This document shows positions 1 through 8,681 of a stretch of 16,767 nucleotides of DNA, piece by piece; positions within the stretch are counted from its first letter, which is position 1, and every line of letters begins with the position of its first letter. The position numbers were made by a program, and so were the translations under genes. The notes beneath the pieces are model-generated. The model worked only from the letters and a program-made list of their open reading frames with translations, was not told the DNA's origin and searched no databases. The stretch lies in assembly GCA_964384105.1 (NCBI GenBank), contig CAYLJV010000009.1:1-16767 (forward strand), given 5' to 3'. The DNA is from Candidatus Hadarchaeota archaeon (GTDB taxonomy: Archaea > Hadarchaeota > Hadarchaeia > Hadarchaeales > JAGGTB01).

Positions 1-230
1 AAAACTAAACATACCTATCCGACAAGAGAAATATAGCCTTTACGCAACACAGCAGGATTCAGCCATTAATATAACGCTTTTATGATGTATAAGGGAGAAT
101 AAAGCGTTTTTAAAGGACTTACAATTCCCATATTATTTATTTGGTATTTATCTTTTTTATTTTCCCCTCTACTTTCTTTTACTACAAGAATCTTTGTGAA
201 TGTGAACAGTAAAAGGATTTTGTTACGTGG

Positions 231-249
231 TTCGTAATCAGATTACGAA
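231..249. promoter_or_regulatory. Perfect palindrome TTCGTAATC-A-GATTACGAA, candidate transcription-factor operator
   Basis: 9-1-9 perfect inverted repeat read directly in an AT-rich intergenic region; the function is inferred. Confidence 0.45.
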
Positions 250-315
250 TATTGTGAATAACAACAAATGTTCACGCCTAAGGAGATTAGTAAAGTAAAA
301 AATTTATTATCGGAT

Positions 316-558
316 CTAGACTTGCGGTAGTTCCAGTATCTCAAGTCCTATCTCATTTATTCTTGCTTCTTTTTTCTTTCTATCAAATTCCACTATGCCG
401 ATTTCGTCCAAGTGTTGTAAAACTTTTTCCACACCGTTTCCCTCAGAGAATGCCTCCTCGCTTATCTCATTTATTGTGTGCCATTCCTGATCTTCTAGTA
501 GTTCTAGGGTTTTTTCAGGAGTTTCGATCCATCCATTTCCATTTCCGTTCATTTTCAT
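316..558 (-). CDS. Small winged helix-turn-helix protein (80 aa)
   Basis: GGGAGGTGA RBS at 562-570; pattern TLELL..QEWHTINEISEE...VEKVLQHLDEIGIVEFD...ARINEIG fits an ArsR/MarR-like wHTH. Confidence 0.7.
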   Translation of the reverse strand: MKMNGNGNGWIETPEKTLELLEDQEWHTINEISEEAFSEGNGVEKVLQHLDEIGIVEFDRKKKEARINEIGLEILELPQV

Positions 559-571
559 TTTTCACCTCCCA

Positions 572-829
572 TTAAGGATATTTAAAACTTTTCAGTTTGA
601 AGAGCGCTGTCGAGGTCCAAATCAGGCCTATCGTGTAAATAGAAATTTCGAGGGGGAAGTTGGCCAGAAGCCCGTAAGTACCCCAATACGAGACTACGAG
701 TCGAATTATCTCTACTAAGCCTATCATTGTACAGAAAGCCCCACCTATGTGAGCGAAGAAGGACAGCTTATCTTTGATTGAACCTGATTCTTGGTTATCT
801 CCAACTTCTTCGGCTATATTATCAGACAT
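572..829 (-). CDS. Small membrane protein, about 2 TM helices (85 aa)
   Basis: GGGGGT RBS-like sequence upstream; hydrophobic segments FFAHIGGAFCTMIGLVEII and ISIYTIGLIWTSTALF; its stop abuts the RBS of the wHTH gene, suggesting an operon. Confidence 0.65.
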   Translation of the reverse strand: MSDNIAEEVGDNQESGSIKDKLSFFAHIGGAFCTMIGLVEIIRLVVSYWGTYGLLANFPLEISIYTIGLIWTSTALFKLKSFKYP

Positions 830-1026
830 TGTAAAATAACCCCCTCTAGATCCTCCTTTCTTGGAAGAAGCTATGATAATCCGTTAGTTTATATTTACCT
901 AGCTGGGGAAAATAGCGAAATAGTGTCAAGCCGTGAAACGCCATTTAAATATAGCGTTCGATGATGCAGAACAATTTTAATGTTTTCTTTATAAACTATA
1001 TCTTGCTTATGGAGTTGGTGGGGATA

Positions 1027-1518
1027 ATGAGCGATAAATCTGGTAGTGGGGAGTTAGATAGTCTCGATAAAAAAATTCTCAAGATCCTAAGTAGCTCAAG
1101 TGAAATAAGATATTCTGAATTAGCGGATAGACTGGGAACCAGCAAAAACACAGTTTACAGGAGAATAAATGGCCTGAAGGAAAGGGGCGTAATAAAAAAG
1201 GATTTCATCAAGAATACCAGTGTCGATGTTCTCAAGTTTGACGATATAGGCATCTCTACTTTGATTTTAGCCATGGAATTTGATATTGATAGTTTGGATA
1301 AGGCAACTGATTTTCTGAATGAACGAGACGAGGTTAAACTTATTTTGGAAACCTTCGGAGAGTATGATATCATTGCAGTAGTTTTTGGTGAGAAAGGTAA
1401 AGAGCGAAAGCTCGTTTCCAAACTTAGACAGGATTTAAAAGATGAAGAAATCGGTTTGGAGAACTTTGAAGTTCACACGGCTTCATTCAAGAAACTGGAT
1501 TTAACTGTACCCTTTTGA
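1027..1518 (+). CDS. Lrp/AsnC family transcriptional regulator
   Basis: N-terminal HTH LDSLDKKILKILS...IRYSELADRLGTSKNTVYRRINGLKERGVI; C-terminal RAM-like domain (ETFGEYDII). Start moved to ATG 1027 behind GGTGGGG. Confidence 0.9.
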   Translation: MSDKSGSGELDSLDKKILKILSSSSEIRYSELADRLGTSKNTVYRRINGLKERGVIKKDFIKNTSVDVLKFDDIGISTLILAMEFDIDSLDKATDFLNERDEVKLILETFGEYDIIAVVFGEKGKERKLVSKLRQDLKDEEIGLENFEVHTASFKKLDLTVPF

Positions 1519-1521
1519 AGT

Positions 1522-1902
1522 TCAAGAAATCGGCCTGTCGAATATGGCATCAACAATCTTTTCATATTGTTCTTTGGGATTGGTTCCCTTCATTATATAT
1601 TTGTCAGCTTTGAGATTGAGGGCTTCCATGGCTATCTCCTCTCCCCCTTTTCCGGTGAGTATTATAAATGGGGTTTCTACTCTCTTATCTCGAATCTTTT
1701 TCAAAAGTGTTAGACCATCCATTTCTGGCATCTTATAGTCTGCCACAATTGCGTCGTATTTGACGGAATCTATTTTCGCAAGTGCTTCTTTGGGGTCGTT
1801 CGTTGTATCGACTTTAACTTCGTCTTCTTGTTTCTCCCATAGCTTTTTGTTTACTTCTAGAAAATCGGGATCATCATCAATTAGTAGGATTTTAATTTTC
1901 AA
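1522..1902 (-). CDS. Stand-alone response regulator receiver (CheY-like) protein
   Basis: ILLIDDD acidic pocket, phosphoacceptor in IVADYKMPEMDG, ILTG, and YIMK; no output domain; GGAGGT RBS and TTG start. Confidence 0.92.
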   Translation of the reverse strand: MKIKILLIDDDPDFLEVNKKLWEKQEDEVKVDTTNDPKEALAKIDSVKYDAIVADYKMPEMDGLTLLKKIRDKRVETPFIILTGKGGEEIAMEALNLKADKYIMKGTNPKEQYEKIVDAIFDRPIS

Positions 1903-1995
1903 TTTATTACCTCCCGGAAGAGAACTGGCAACCTCCGATCACTATATTTTATTGATACACAATTATAAATTAATGGCGATTAGATTTTGGAATTA

Positions 1996-3186
1996 CTAGG
2001 TCATTTCCGAGTGTTTGCTTTCTACAGCTTTTATTGGTATTTCTTCTATTTCCACGAGCATATGGATAAAAGATTCCATCGCTATAAGGGATCTAATTTC
2101 AAATAATGCTCTCTCAGGAGTTCTTGGAGGGTTCTCTACTCTACTTGCGTTGCCAGGTATCATCCGCCCAGGTACTTCGATGCATATGTCGGATAGTTTA
2201 CCAAGAGGAGAGTCCTCGAAACTGGTCAGAGCCGCTATTTTGCCTCCAAGAGTTTTTATCGGTCTTAAAATTCTAGCCCAGAACTCTTGCCCGGATCCTG
2301 AGAGTATTATTATGAGGTCTCCTTCTCTTGCTGCTACATTTCCTGCGTCTTTATAGTAATTAACTCGCCTTTCTTTGTCCTCCCCTGCACAGTGCGCTAG
2401 TCTAATAGCGATGGTTCTCGCAACTACCCCAGAGAGGTCAAGTCCTCCTACTATTATCTTGTTTGGTATTTTTCCAATTTTACTCGGAGCAGAGTAATCT
2501 ATTGGTTCAGGGAACTTTTTGTAGAGGTCTTCAAATCCGCTTGGTTCTGGATCGTACTCTTTTACCTTGTTCCAAAATTCTTTCTGATATTCTAAAATGG
2601 GTTGGTTGGAGACGATACTGCCTAGGCAATCTAAAATAAATTTTAATGCATATAGTTCTCCTAAGGTTCCTCCAAGGGTTAGTGGCTCGTGCCCTCCTGC
2701 GAGTTGTCTCTCTTGATACTTGGTTTTATCCAGCTTACTTTTACCAGGGATTTTGACAACGAAACCACCAGTTTTTTCCGATAGTTGCGCTAGGCTGGAG
2801 TTTTCGTTTGTGGTTATGGAAACGACTGGTGTTGAGTCGGAAATGGATTTATAGGCAAACTCGGCGTAGTGCACAGTTCTTTCGGTCTCTCCAGAGGAAG
2901 ATAGAGCTACCACGAGATCGTCGGGCCTATATTCGTAAGGTATTGACGAGTCTTTTGAACAAAAAGTTGTTTTATTGTTTGCTTTAGTAAGACGGGTTGC
3001 AAAATCTGCCATTTCCTCCTGTCTTCCCGTTCCTATCCAAATCACTCTCTTGGATTCCTTCAGAAGTTTTACGAACTTTTCAGAATTCTCTACATATCGA
3101 TCTACGTTTTCTTTGGAAGGAAACTCCTGTATTCTTTCTACACTCTTTTTGTATAACTCTGGAAGCTCTTGAAACTGCTCGATCAT
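1996..3186 (-). CDS. Tandem SIS-domain protein, 6-phospho-3-hexuloisomerase (PHI)-like duplication
   Basis: Two PHI-like halves: WIGTGR...ALSSSGET...ITTNENSSLA...RQLAGGHEPL..GTL and VGGLDLSG...ILSGSG...LTSFEDSPLGKLSD...LFE...KH. Confidence 0.8.
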   Translation of the reverse strand: MIEQFQELPELYKKSVERIQEFPSKENVDRYVENSEKFVKLLKESKRVIWIGTGRQEEMADFATRLTKANNKTTFCSKDSSIPYEYRPDDLVVALSSSGETERTVHYAEFAYKSISDSTPVVSITTNENSSLAQLSEKTGGFVVKIPGKSKLDKTKYQERQLAGGHEPLTLGGTLGELYALKFILDCLGSIVSNQPILEYQKEFWNKVKEYDPEPSGFEDLYKKFPEPIDYSAPSKIGKIPNKIIVGGLDLSGVVARTIAIRLAHCAGEDKERRVNYYKDAGNVAAREGDLIIILSGSGQEFWARILRPIKTLGGKIAALTSFEDSPLGKLSDICIEVPGRMIPGNASRVENPPRTPERALFEIRSLIAMESFIHMLVEIEEIPIKAVESKHSEMT

Positions 3187-3226
3187 ATTTAATATTTGTT
3201 TTTGGATTAAGAAAAGAATTTTGTTT

Positions 3227-4564
3227 CTATTTCTTTAGAGAGTCTTCTATATCTTTCCAGCTTTCTGTAAGGTCTCTGTGAGTGAACGGTTTTGCATCGG
3301 CTCCTACGTAGGTTGCTACTATATGACCATCACCTATTAGATAATATTTCGAAGTTGTGAGACCTTCCAATCCTACGGGACCTCTTGCGTGTATCTTCCC
3401 CGTGCTGATTCCAACTTCGGCTCCAAGCCCATATCTGTAACCATCACTGAATCTAGTTGAAGCGTTTGCCACCACCGTAGAGGAATCGACATTGTTCAAG
3501 AAGGATAGAATCCTGCTATCGTTCTCTGAGATTATGGAATCTGTATGTTTTGAACCGTATGTGTTGATATGATTTATCGCGTCTTGGAGTTTGTTTACTA
3601 TTTTTATTGAAATTATGAGATCGAGATATTCAGTTTTCCAATCTTCCTCTGTGGCTTCCTTTATGTCTTTCAGGATTTTCCTTGTATCTTTACAACCTCT
3701 GATTTCAACCCCTGCCTCTTTATACCTCTTGGCAAGTTCTGGTAGGATGTCTTGGGCTATTTTTTCGTGAACCAACAAAGTTTCGACTGCATTGCAGACG
3801 GCGGAATATTGAACTTTTCCATCATAGCAAATTTCAAGTGCATTTTCTAGTTCAGCGTCTTTGTCAACATATATATGACAGAGTCCTTCTGCGTGGCCTA
3901 GAACTGGAATTCTACTATTGTTTTGTATAAATCGAATGAAGTTTTTGCTTCCACGAGGAATTATTAGATCGACTTTATCGTCTTGATCAAGTAACTCCCG
4001 GACCTCTTTTCTAGCTTCTATTAGTTGAACCCATCCTCGAGGAATCCCCACGTTTTCTGTAGCTTCTTTTATGAGATCGAAAAGGATTCTATTTGACTTT
4101 TCGGCTTCACTTCCACCTTTCAGTATTACTGCATTTCCGGATTTTAGACATAAGGATGATATTTGAGGAAGTACATCGGGTCTTGATTCAAAAATAGAGC
4201 CGATTACCCCGATGGGGGCGGTGATTTTGTAGAGTTTTAAACCTTCATCAAGTTCCCTACTAAAAATTGTTTTATTTAACGGGTCTTCTTGTTCTGCAAC
4301 GCTTCTTATCATATCAACTATATTCTCGACTTTGGTTTCGTTTAGTTTCAATCTCTTAACTAAGGCTTTGGAATACTCTCCCTTTTCCAGCATTCTCTCT
4401 GCTTTTTCGATATCTTCCTTGTTGGCTTTTAGGATCTCTGAGATGTTCTCTTCTATTAAGTCAGCGGCCTTTAGGAGTGCTTTGTTACGGGTTTCTTTGG
4501 ATATATTCGCTAGCTTAAGTGCTGCCTGCTGTGCTTCAGTAGCTTTTGTTTCTACATCTTTCAT
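3227..4564 (-). CDS. proA: Gamma-glutamyl phosphate reductase (glutamate-5-semialdehyde dehydrogenase)
   Basis: GVIGSIFESRP, LKSGNAVILKGG, IIPRG, catalytic CNAVETLLVH, HINTYGSKHTDSI, NASTRFSDG, GAEVGISTGKIHARGPVGL; ATGA overlap with proB. Confidence 0.98.
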   Translation of the reverse strand: MKDVETKATEAQQAALKLANISKETRNKALLKAADLIEENISEILKANKEDIEKAERMLEKGEYSKALVKRLKLNETKVENIVDMIRSVAEQEDPLNKTIFSRELDEGLKLYKITAPIGVIGSIFESRPDVLPQISSLCLKSGNAVILKGGSEAEKSNRILFDLIKEATENVGIPRGWVQLIEARKEVRELLDQDDKVDLIIPRGSKNFIRFIQNNSRIPVLGHAEGLCHIYVDKDAELENALEICYDGKVQYSAVCNAVETLLVHEKIAQDILPELAKRYKEAGVEIRGCKDTRKILKDIKEATEEDWKTEYLDLIISIKIVNKLQDAINHINTYGSKHTDSIISENDSRILSFLNNVDSSTVVANASTRFSDGYRYGLGAEVGISTGKIHARGPVGLEGLTTSKYYLIGDGHIVATYVGADAKPFTHRDLTESWKDIEDSLKK

Positions 4565-5391
4565 GGTTTCACCTTTTCTTCTCCTTTTTTCTGAGATATA
4601 AACAACGTACCTATTTCTTCTCCTTCAATTATTCTTTTTAACACTTTTTCCTTAGAGGCATCTGTTATTATCACTGGGATCCCATCTTCCGTTGCTATCT
4701 TTGCTGCCTGAACTTTAGTTATAATACCTCCGAAGTCTTTGCTCGAAGTTCTTTTTGTCAACTCTTCTATCTCAGGAGTCACTTTTTCGACAAGATGTAT
4801 CGGTTTTGCAGAGTCTACCTTTTTAGGATCATCGGTATGGAGTCCATCTACGTCTGTGAGTAGGACCAATAGATCCGCGTCGACTCCTGTTGCTGTGAAA
4901 GCAGAGAGGAGGTCGTTATCCCCCATCCTAATTTCCTCGACGGCCACAGCGTCGTTCTCGTTTATAATCGGGATGACCCCCCAGTTTGAAAGTGCTTCTA
5001 TCGTGTTCTTGAGATTTTTGAATCTGTTCGGATTCGTAAAGTCCTGTTGAGTGAGTAAGAGCTGAGCTACGTGATATCCGTATTCTTCGAAATTTTCACT
5101 GTAAATTCTCATGAGAGCCCCCTGTCCAATAGTTGAAGCTGCTTGAAGGAGCTTCATATCTTCTGGTCTTTTGATGAATAATTTTCCTATTCCTGCACCT
5201 ATCGCTCCAGAAGAAACTAAAATTACCTCTTTTTCCGCTTTTGCTAGATCCACTAAGCTTTCAACCAGTCTTTTTATCTTCCCCTCGTCGATTCTCGAAT
5301 TTTCATCGGTTAACGAGTTAGTTCCAACCTTTACTACCACTCTTTTAACTTTTGACAGTTCACTTCTAAACTTTTCATGTTTTTTGATCAT
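4561..5391 (-). CDS. proB: Glutamate 5-kinase (short form lacking the PUA domain)
   Basis: VVVKVGT, LVSSGAI, QLLLT, PIINENDAV, GDNDLLSA, LLTDVDGL, GGIITKVQAA; ends at GTLF with no PUA domain (276 aa). Confidence 0.97.
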   Translation of the reverse strand: MIKKHEKFRSELSKVKRVVVKVGTNSLTDENSRIDEGKIKRLVESLVDLAKAEKEVILVSSGAIGAGIGKLFIKRPEDMKLLQAASTIGQGALMRIYSENFEEYGYHVAQLLLTQQDFTNPNRFKNLKNTIEALSNWGVIPIINENDAVAVEEIRMGDNDLLSAFTATGVDADLLVLLTDVDGLHTDDPKKVDSAKPIHLVEKVTPEIEELTKRTSSKDFGGIITKVQAAKIATEDGIPVIITDASKEKVLKRIIEGEEIGTLFISQKKGEEKVKP

Positions 5392-5624
5392 CTATTTCAC
5401 ATATCTTTGGCTTCTTAGACATTCCATACTCAGAAACTTTAGATTTAAAGTTGGGGGAATTTTGAAATTTTATGAGTTAATCAATGTGTTCCCCCGAATA
5501 TTCTTCTGAGGATTATTTAGTATTTCTTTTTAGGAGTTTGGATAAAAAATCAGTATCGAAGGGATCAAAAATAAATCGTTGTCAGTGATTTCAGTCCCCA
5601 AACTTTTGGGACATATTGGTTAGA

Positions 5625-6998
5625 ATGACTGAAGATAATATGAACCTGGGAATACCTGTAGAAAGGTCTATTGAGGGAAGTGTTCCTAAAGGTAGTACCA
5701 TTCTTGTTTGCGGTCCTTCAGGAACTGGAAAGACTGCGATGTCTCTGCAGTATGTTTTCAATGGAATAACCGATCAGGGGGAGCCAGCTGTATTTGTTTC
5801 TTTTTTGAATGATAAGGACTCCTTGTTCTCGATGGCGAAAAAGTTCGATTGGCATCTAAAGAAATCAGAGAAAGAAAACATGATTCAAGTAATTCTTGCC
5901 TACCCGTCTTCTAGAAAATTTCGAGAATGGACTAGTAATTTTCAGGGTATGAATGAGGAGATTTTGGAATCTATAGATAAGATGGAGGCCGAGAGGGTTG
6001 TTTTAGACGGGTTGGATGATCTACATAGAATCTGTAAGGACGAGAATGAATTTAGGTCTGGATTGTATTTTCTGATTCGCGAGCTTCGAAAAAGAGAGTG
6101 CATCACTCTGTTAAATGCTCGTTCGGGTTACGGTGTCGAAGATATTGTGGATGGAGTGGTTAGACTAGGTTTCAAGAAAGTAGATTCTGGAGAGAAAAGT
6201 AGGTCTATGGAAATAGCGAAGATGAACGGCATTAAGCACTCTCTAAATGAAATGTTGTACAAGATTAGTGGGGAGGGGTTGGAAATTACTAGTGAAGTAG
6301 AGCGAAAAGAACTTCCGGAAACAATGCCTGAAAGCGTGGAGACTCCGGGGGGAGAAATGGGTGAAAAAAATGATTTTCTTGATTCTCTTCTCAGACACGA
6401 TATTCGCAATAAGGCTCAAGTAATAATGGGCTATCTCGAACTTCTGAAAGAAGAGAGTCTTACAGAGAATGGTCAAGAAATGATAGACAAAGCTACAAAA
6501 GCTACTAAGGACTGTACGGAATTGATAGATAAGATTACAACTCTCAAGAAGGTAATCAAGGAAGAAGTCGGTAAGATAAGTCTTAATCCGATTATCAAAA
6601 ACGTGATCAGCGAATTGGAACCCCGAGCGACCAAGAAAGGTATGAAGATTGAATTCAGCAGTTGCGATTGCAAAGTTCGAGCCGGGTCTTTGATAGAGGA
6701 GCTTTTCTCTAATCTAATTTCTAATTCTATTCAACATTCAGGGGGTAATAAGGTGAGTATTTCTATTCATGAAGCGGATGCGATGGTTCGAGCGACGGTG
6801 GAGGACGATGGGAGTGGAGTCCCCGATGAGATTAAGGAACAAGTCTTTGAGAAAGGTTTCAAGATGGGCGAGTCTTCCGGTTCCGGTTTGGGCTTATATA
6901 TAGTTAAGAAGATGGCGGAAAGCTATGGTGGACGTGCGGAGATCAAGGATTCGGAACTGGGTGGGGCTAGATTCGATATATACCTAAAGAAAGCCTGA
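5625..6998 (+). CDS. KaiC/RAD55-like ATPase domain fused to a HisKA/HATPase_c histidine kinase
   Basis: Walker A GPSGTGKT (5712-5735), Walker B VVLDG, KaiC-like VDGVVRL..RSMEIAKM; H-box LLRHDIRN (His codon 6396), N-box NLISNSIQH, G1 DDGSG, F-box VFEKGF, G2 GSGLGL. Start is ATG 5625 or TTG 5616. Confidence 0.9.
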   Translation: MTEDNMNLGIPVERSIEGSVPKGSTILVCGPSGTGKTAMSLQYVFNGITDQGEPAVFVSFLNDKDSLFSMAKKFDWHLKKSEKENMIQVILAYPSSRKFREWTSNFQGMNEEILESIDKMEAERVVLDGLDDLHRICKDENEFRSGLYFLIRELRKRECITLLNARSGYGVEDIVDGVVRLGFKKVDSGEKSRSMEIAKMNGIKHSLNEMLYKISGEGLEITSEVERKELPETMPESVETPGGEMGEKNDFLDSLLRHDIRNKAQVIMGYLELLKEESLTENGQEMIDKATKATKDCTELIDKITTLKKVIKEEVGKISLNPIIKNVISELEPRATKKGMKIEFSSCDCKVRAGSLIEELFSNLISNSIQHSGGNKVSISIHEADAMVRATVEDDGSGVPDEIKEQVFEKGFKMGESSGSGLGLYIVKKMAESYGGRAEIKDSELGGARFDIYLKKA

Positions 6999-7039
6999 CT
7001 TCAGGAAACTTTCTCTCTCTTATGTTTTAATGATTTGAT

Positions 7040-8422
7040 TTAATTCCAGCTTGAGAAGGGTTCTATGGAGTTATATGGGCTAACATTCCACCAGTCCAGT
7101 TCCTCTTTGGGGACGTAATAAGTTGTGCCGCCCTCTATGAGGTCTTTCGGAGATTCATAGGTTTCGCAAGGATTATAAAGTTCCTGTTTCATGGATTCGT
7201 CGTCGCTGATTAGCGAAGTACTATGAGTTTTGTTGTAGTAGGTAACATACGAGTATTCTTTGTAACTGCCATTGGGGGCTTCGACTATTCCCGGTGGGAA
7301 ATAGTTTCCTTCAGCTAGATATGTTGTTTCTACAGCTACCTCATTTTGGTTACCAAGGTCTACCATTATCCAACTGTGGGCTTCTTTCGGAATTTTTCTT
7401 TCCTTCAAACTGTAATTTAGTGCAATTTCTGCTCTGAATCCTGCCCCTTCGAGCATCCATTCTATTATGGTACTCATCTCGGAACAGTCGAAGTAGTCTC
7501 GGGAGTAGGGTCGAATGGAAACCTGGTTCAAAAAATCGGCCAATCCTTGTATATTCTTTTCCTCTGGTAGCTCGTAGTTACTTGCTAAATAGTTTCTTGC
7601 GCTGCTATAGTAATATTCGGGATAGTCGAGTGGATTATTTACTGGATTTCTAACTTCTATAACTCCTTCTAGACTTTCGGAAAGTCCAGATACTTTCACT
7701 ACATGGGTTCCTTCATGTTTTAAATCAAGGTTAAAAGAGATTCTCTTTTCTTCTCCTGCTTCTAGTCGGATAGTCTTCTCTTTGGTTGTCCCATCAACTT
7801 TTATTTTTATGGTCTTCTCCCCTTCTACATCTCCGGTATTTTGGATTTCGAAAAGTAATTTTGCCCCTTCTCCCAGCATTATCTCTGAAGGTTCTATAAC
7901 GAGATTACCTCCTTCGAATTTCGCCGGTTCAAAAACTTCGAAACTTTCTGATAGATTATCTACAAGTACTTCGTGTGTCCCGTTTCCCAGGTTTATTTGA
8001 AAGCTTAATCTTTCTATTTCGTTTATTCCCAATGTTACACTTCTACTACCGTAAATCTCTCCGTCAATCTCTAAGTTTATCTCGCGGGTCGGGGCGAATT
8101 CATTATTAAGAAAATTCCAGATTAGTGAAAATTTTTTTAGACAAGAGAGAATCAGTCCTTCTGATTTTGTGGTATTTCTTACATTAAATGTGACCAATAC
8201 AGGGGTTCCGGAGATAACCTCCTCCGGCTTCACGTCTAGTTCCTCCGCCTCGATTTTCTGATTCGAGAAGACTTCGTAGACTTGAAAGCAGAGTAACAAG
8301 AGGATTCCCGATAGTGCAATTGCTAAAACCTTCTTTTTTGACCACCAGTTTCCTCGAGATTTGCCAGAGGTGTATGTGGGTTCTCTCTTTGGATTTTGTT
8401 CACTGCCGTTTGTTTCTTTCAT
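7040..8422 (-). CDS. Membrane-anchored surface protein with two CARDB/Ig-like domains and a C-terminal transglutaminase/papain-like domain
   Basis: AGGTGA RBS; KKK followed by a TM helix; repeated V.P.E...G..V...F.(V/I).N and G.H.V.V CARDB patterns; YFDCSEMS...AHSWIMV...VAVETT. Confidence 0.7.
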   Translation of the reverse strand: MKETNGSEQNPKREPTYTSGKSRGNWWSKKKVLAIALSGILLLLCFQVYEVFSNQKIEAEELDVKPEEVISGTPVLVTFNVRNTTKSEGLILSCLKKFSLIWNFLNNEFAPTREINLEIDGEIYGSRSVTLGINEIERLSFQINLGNGTHEVLVDNLSESFEVFEPAKFEGGNLVIEPSEIMLGEGAKLLFEIQNTGDVEGEKTIKIKVDGTTKEKTIRLEAGEEKRISFNLDLKHEGTHVVKVSGLSESLEGVIEVRNPVNNPLDYPEYYYSSARNYLASNYELPEEKNIQGLADFLNQVSIRPYSRDYFDCSEMSTIIEWMLEGAGFRAEIALNYSLKERKIPKEAHSWIMVDLGNQNEVAVETTYLAEGNYFPPGIVEAPNGSYKEYSYVTYYNKTHSTSLISDDESMKQELYNPCETYESPKDLIEGGTTYYVPKEELDWWNVSPYNSIEPFSSWN

Positions 8423-8559
8423 TCATTCACCTGATCAACTATCTATTGATTTATTCTTGGTAAGTTGTTGATGATTTTGATGAGTCTTTATTAATTAATT
8501 GAGAAGACCGGATTATTCTGAGTAATTTTTCTAACTAACAAGTGAGTTAATATTAAACT

Positions 8560-8567
8560 AATAAATA
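8560..8567 (+). promoter_or_regulatory. Probable TATA box of tRNA-His
   Basis: AATAAATA about 27 nt upstream of the tRNA 5' end, preceded by an A-rich BRE-like stretch. Confidence 0.4.
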
Positions 8568-8593
8568 GTACATCGTTCTATTCTTTTGTGTGT

Positions 8594-8667
8594 GGCCGAG
8601 GTGGGGTAGCGGCTTAACCTTCGGGACTGTGGCTCCCGTGCCCCGGGTTCAAATCCCGGCCTTGGCC
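8594..8667 (+). tRNA. trnH: tRNA-His (GTG), genomic G-1, CCA not encoded, no intron
   Basis: Acceptor GCCGAGG/CCTTGGC; anticodon arm CGGGA-CTGTGGC-TCCCG (GTG at 8629-8631); T-arm CCGGG-TTCAAAT-CCCGG; discriminator C; G at -1. Confidence 0.97.
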
Positions 8668-8669
8668 CC

Positions 8670-8681
8670 TTCTTTGCTTTT
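8670..8681 (+). terminator. T-rich archaeal terminator after tRNA-His
   Basis: TTCTTTGCTTTT immediately downstream of the tRNA. Confidence 0.45.

Noticed and set aside
961-1026. N-terminal extension of the Lrp ORF (and similar extensions at 11207-11215, 11451-11459, 12431-12442, 12968-13003)
   Set aside because: RBS/TATA positions favour the downstream ATG starts.
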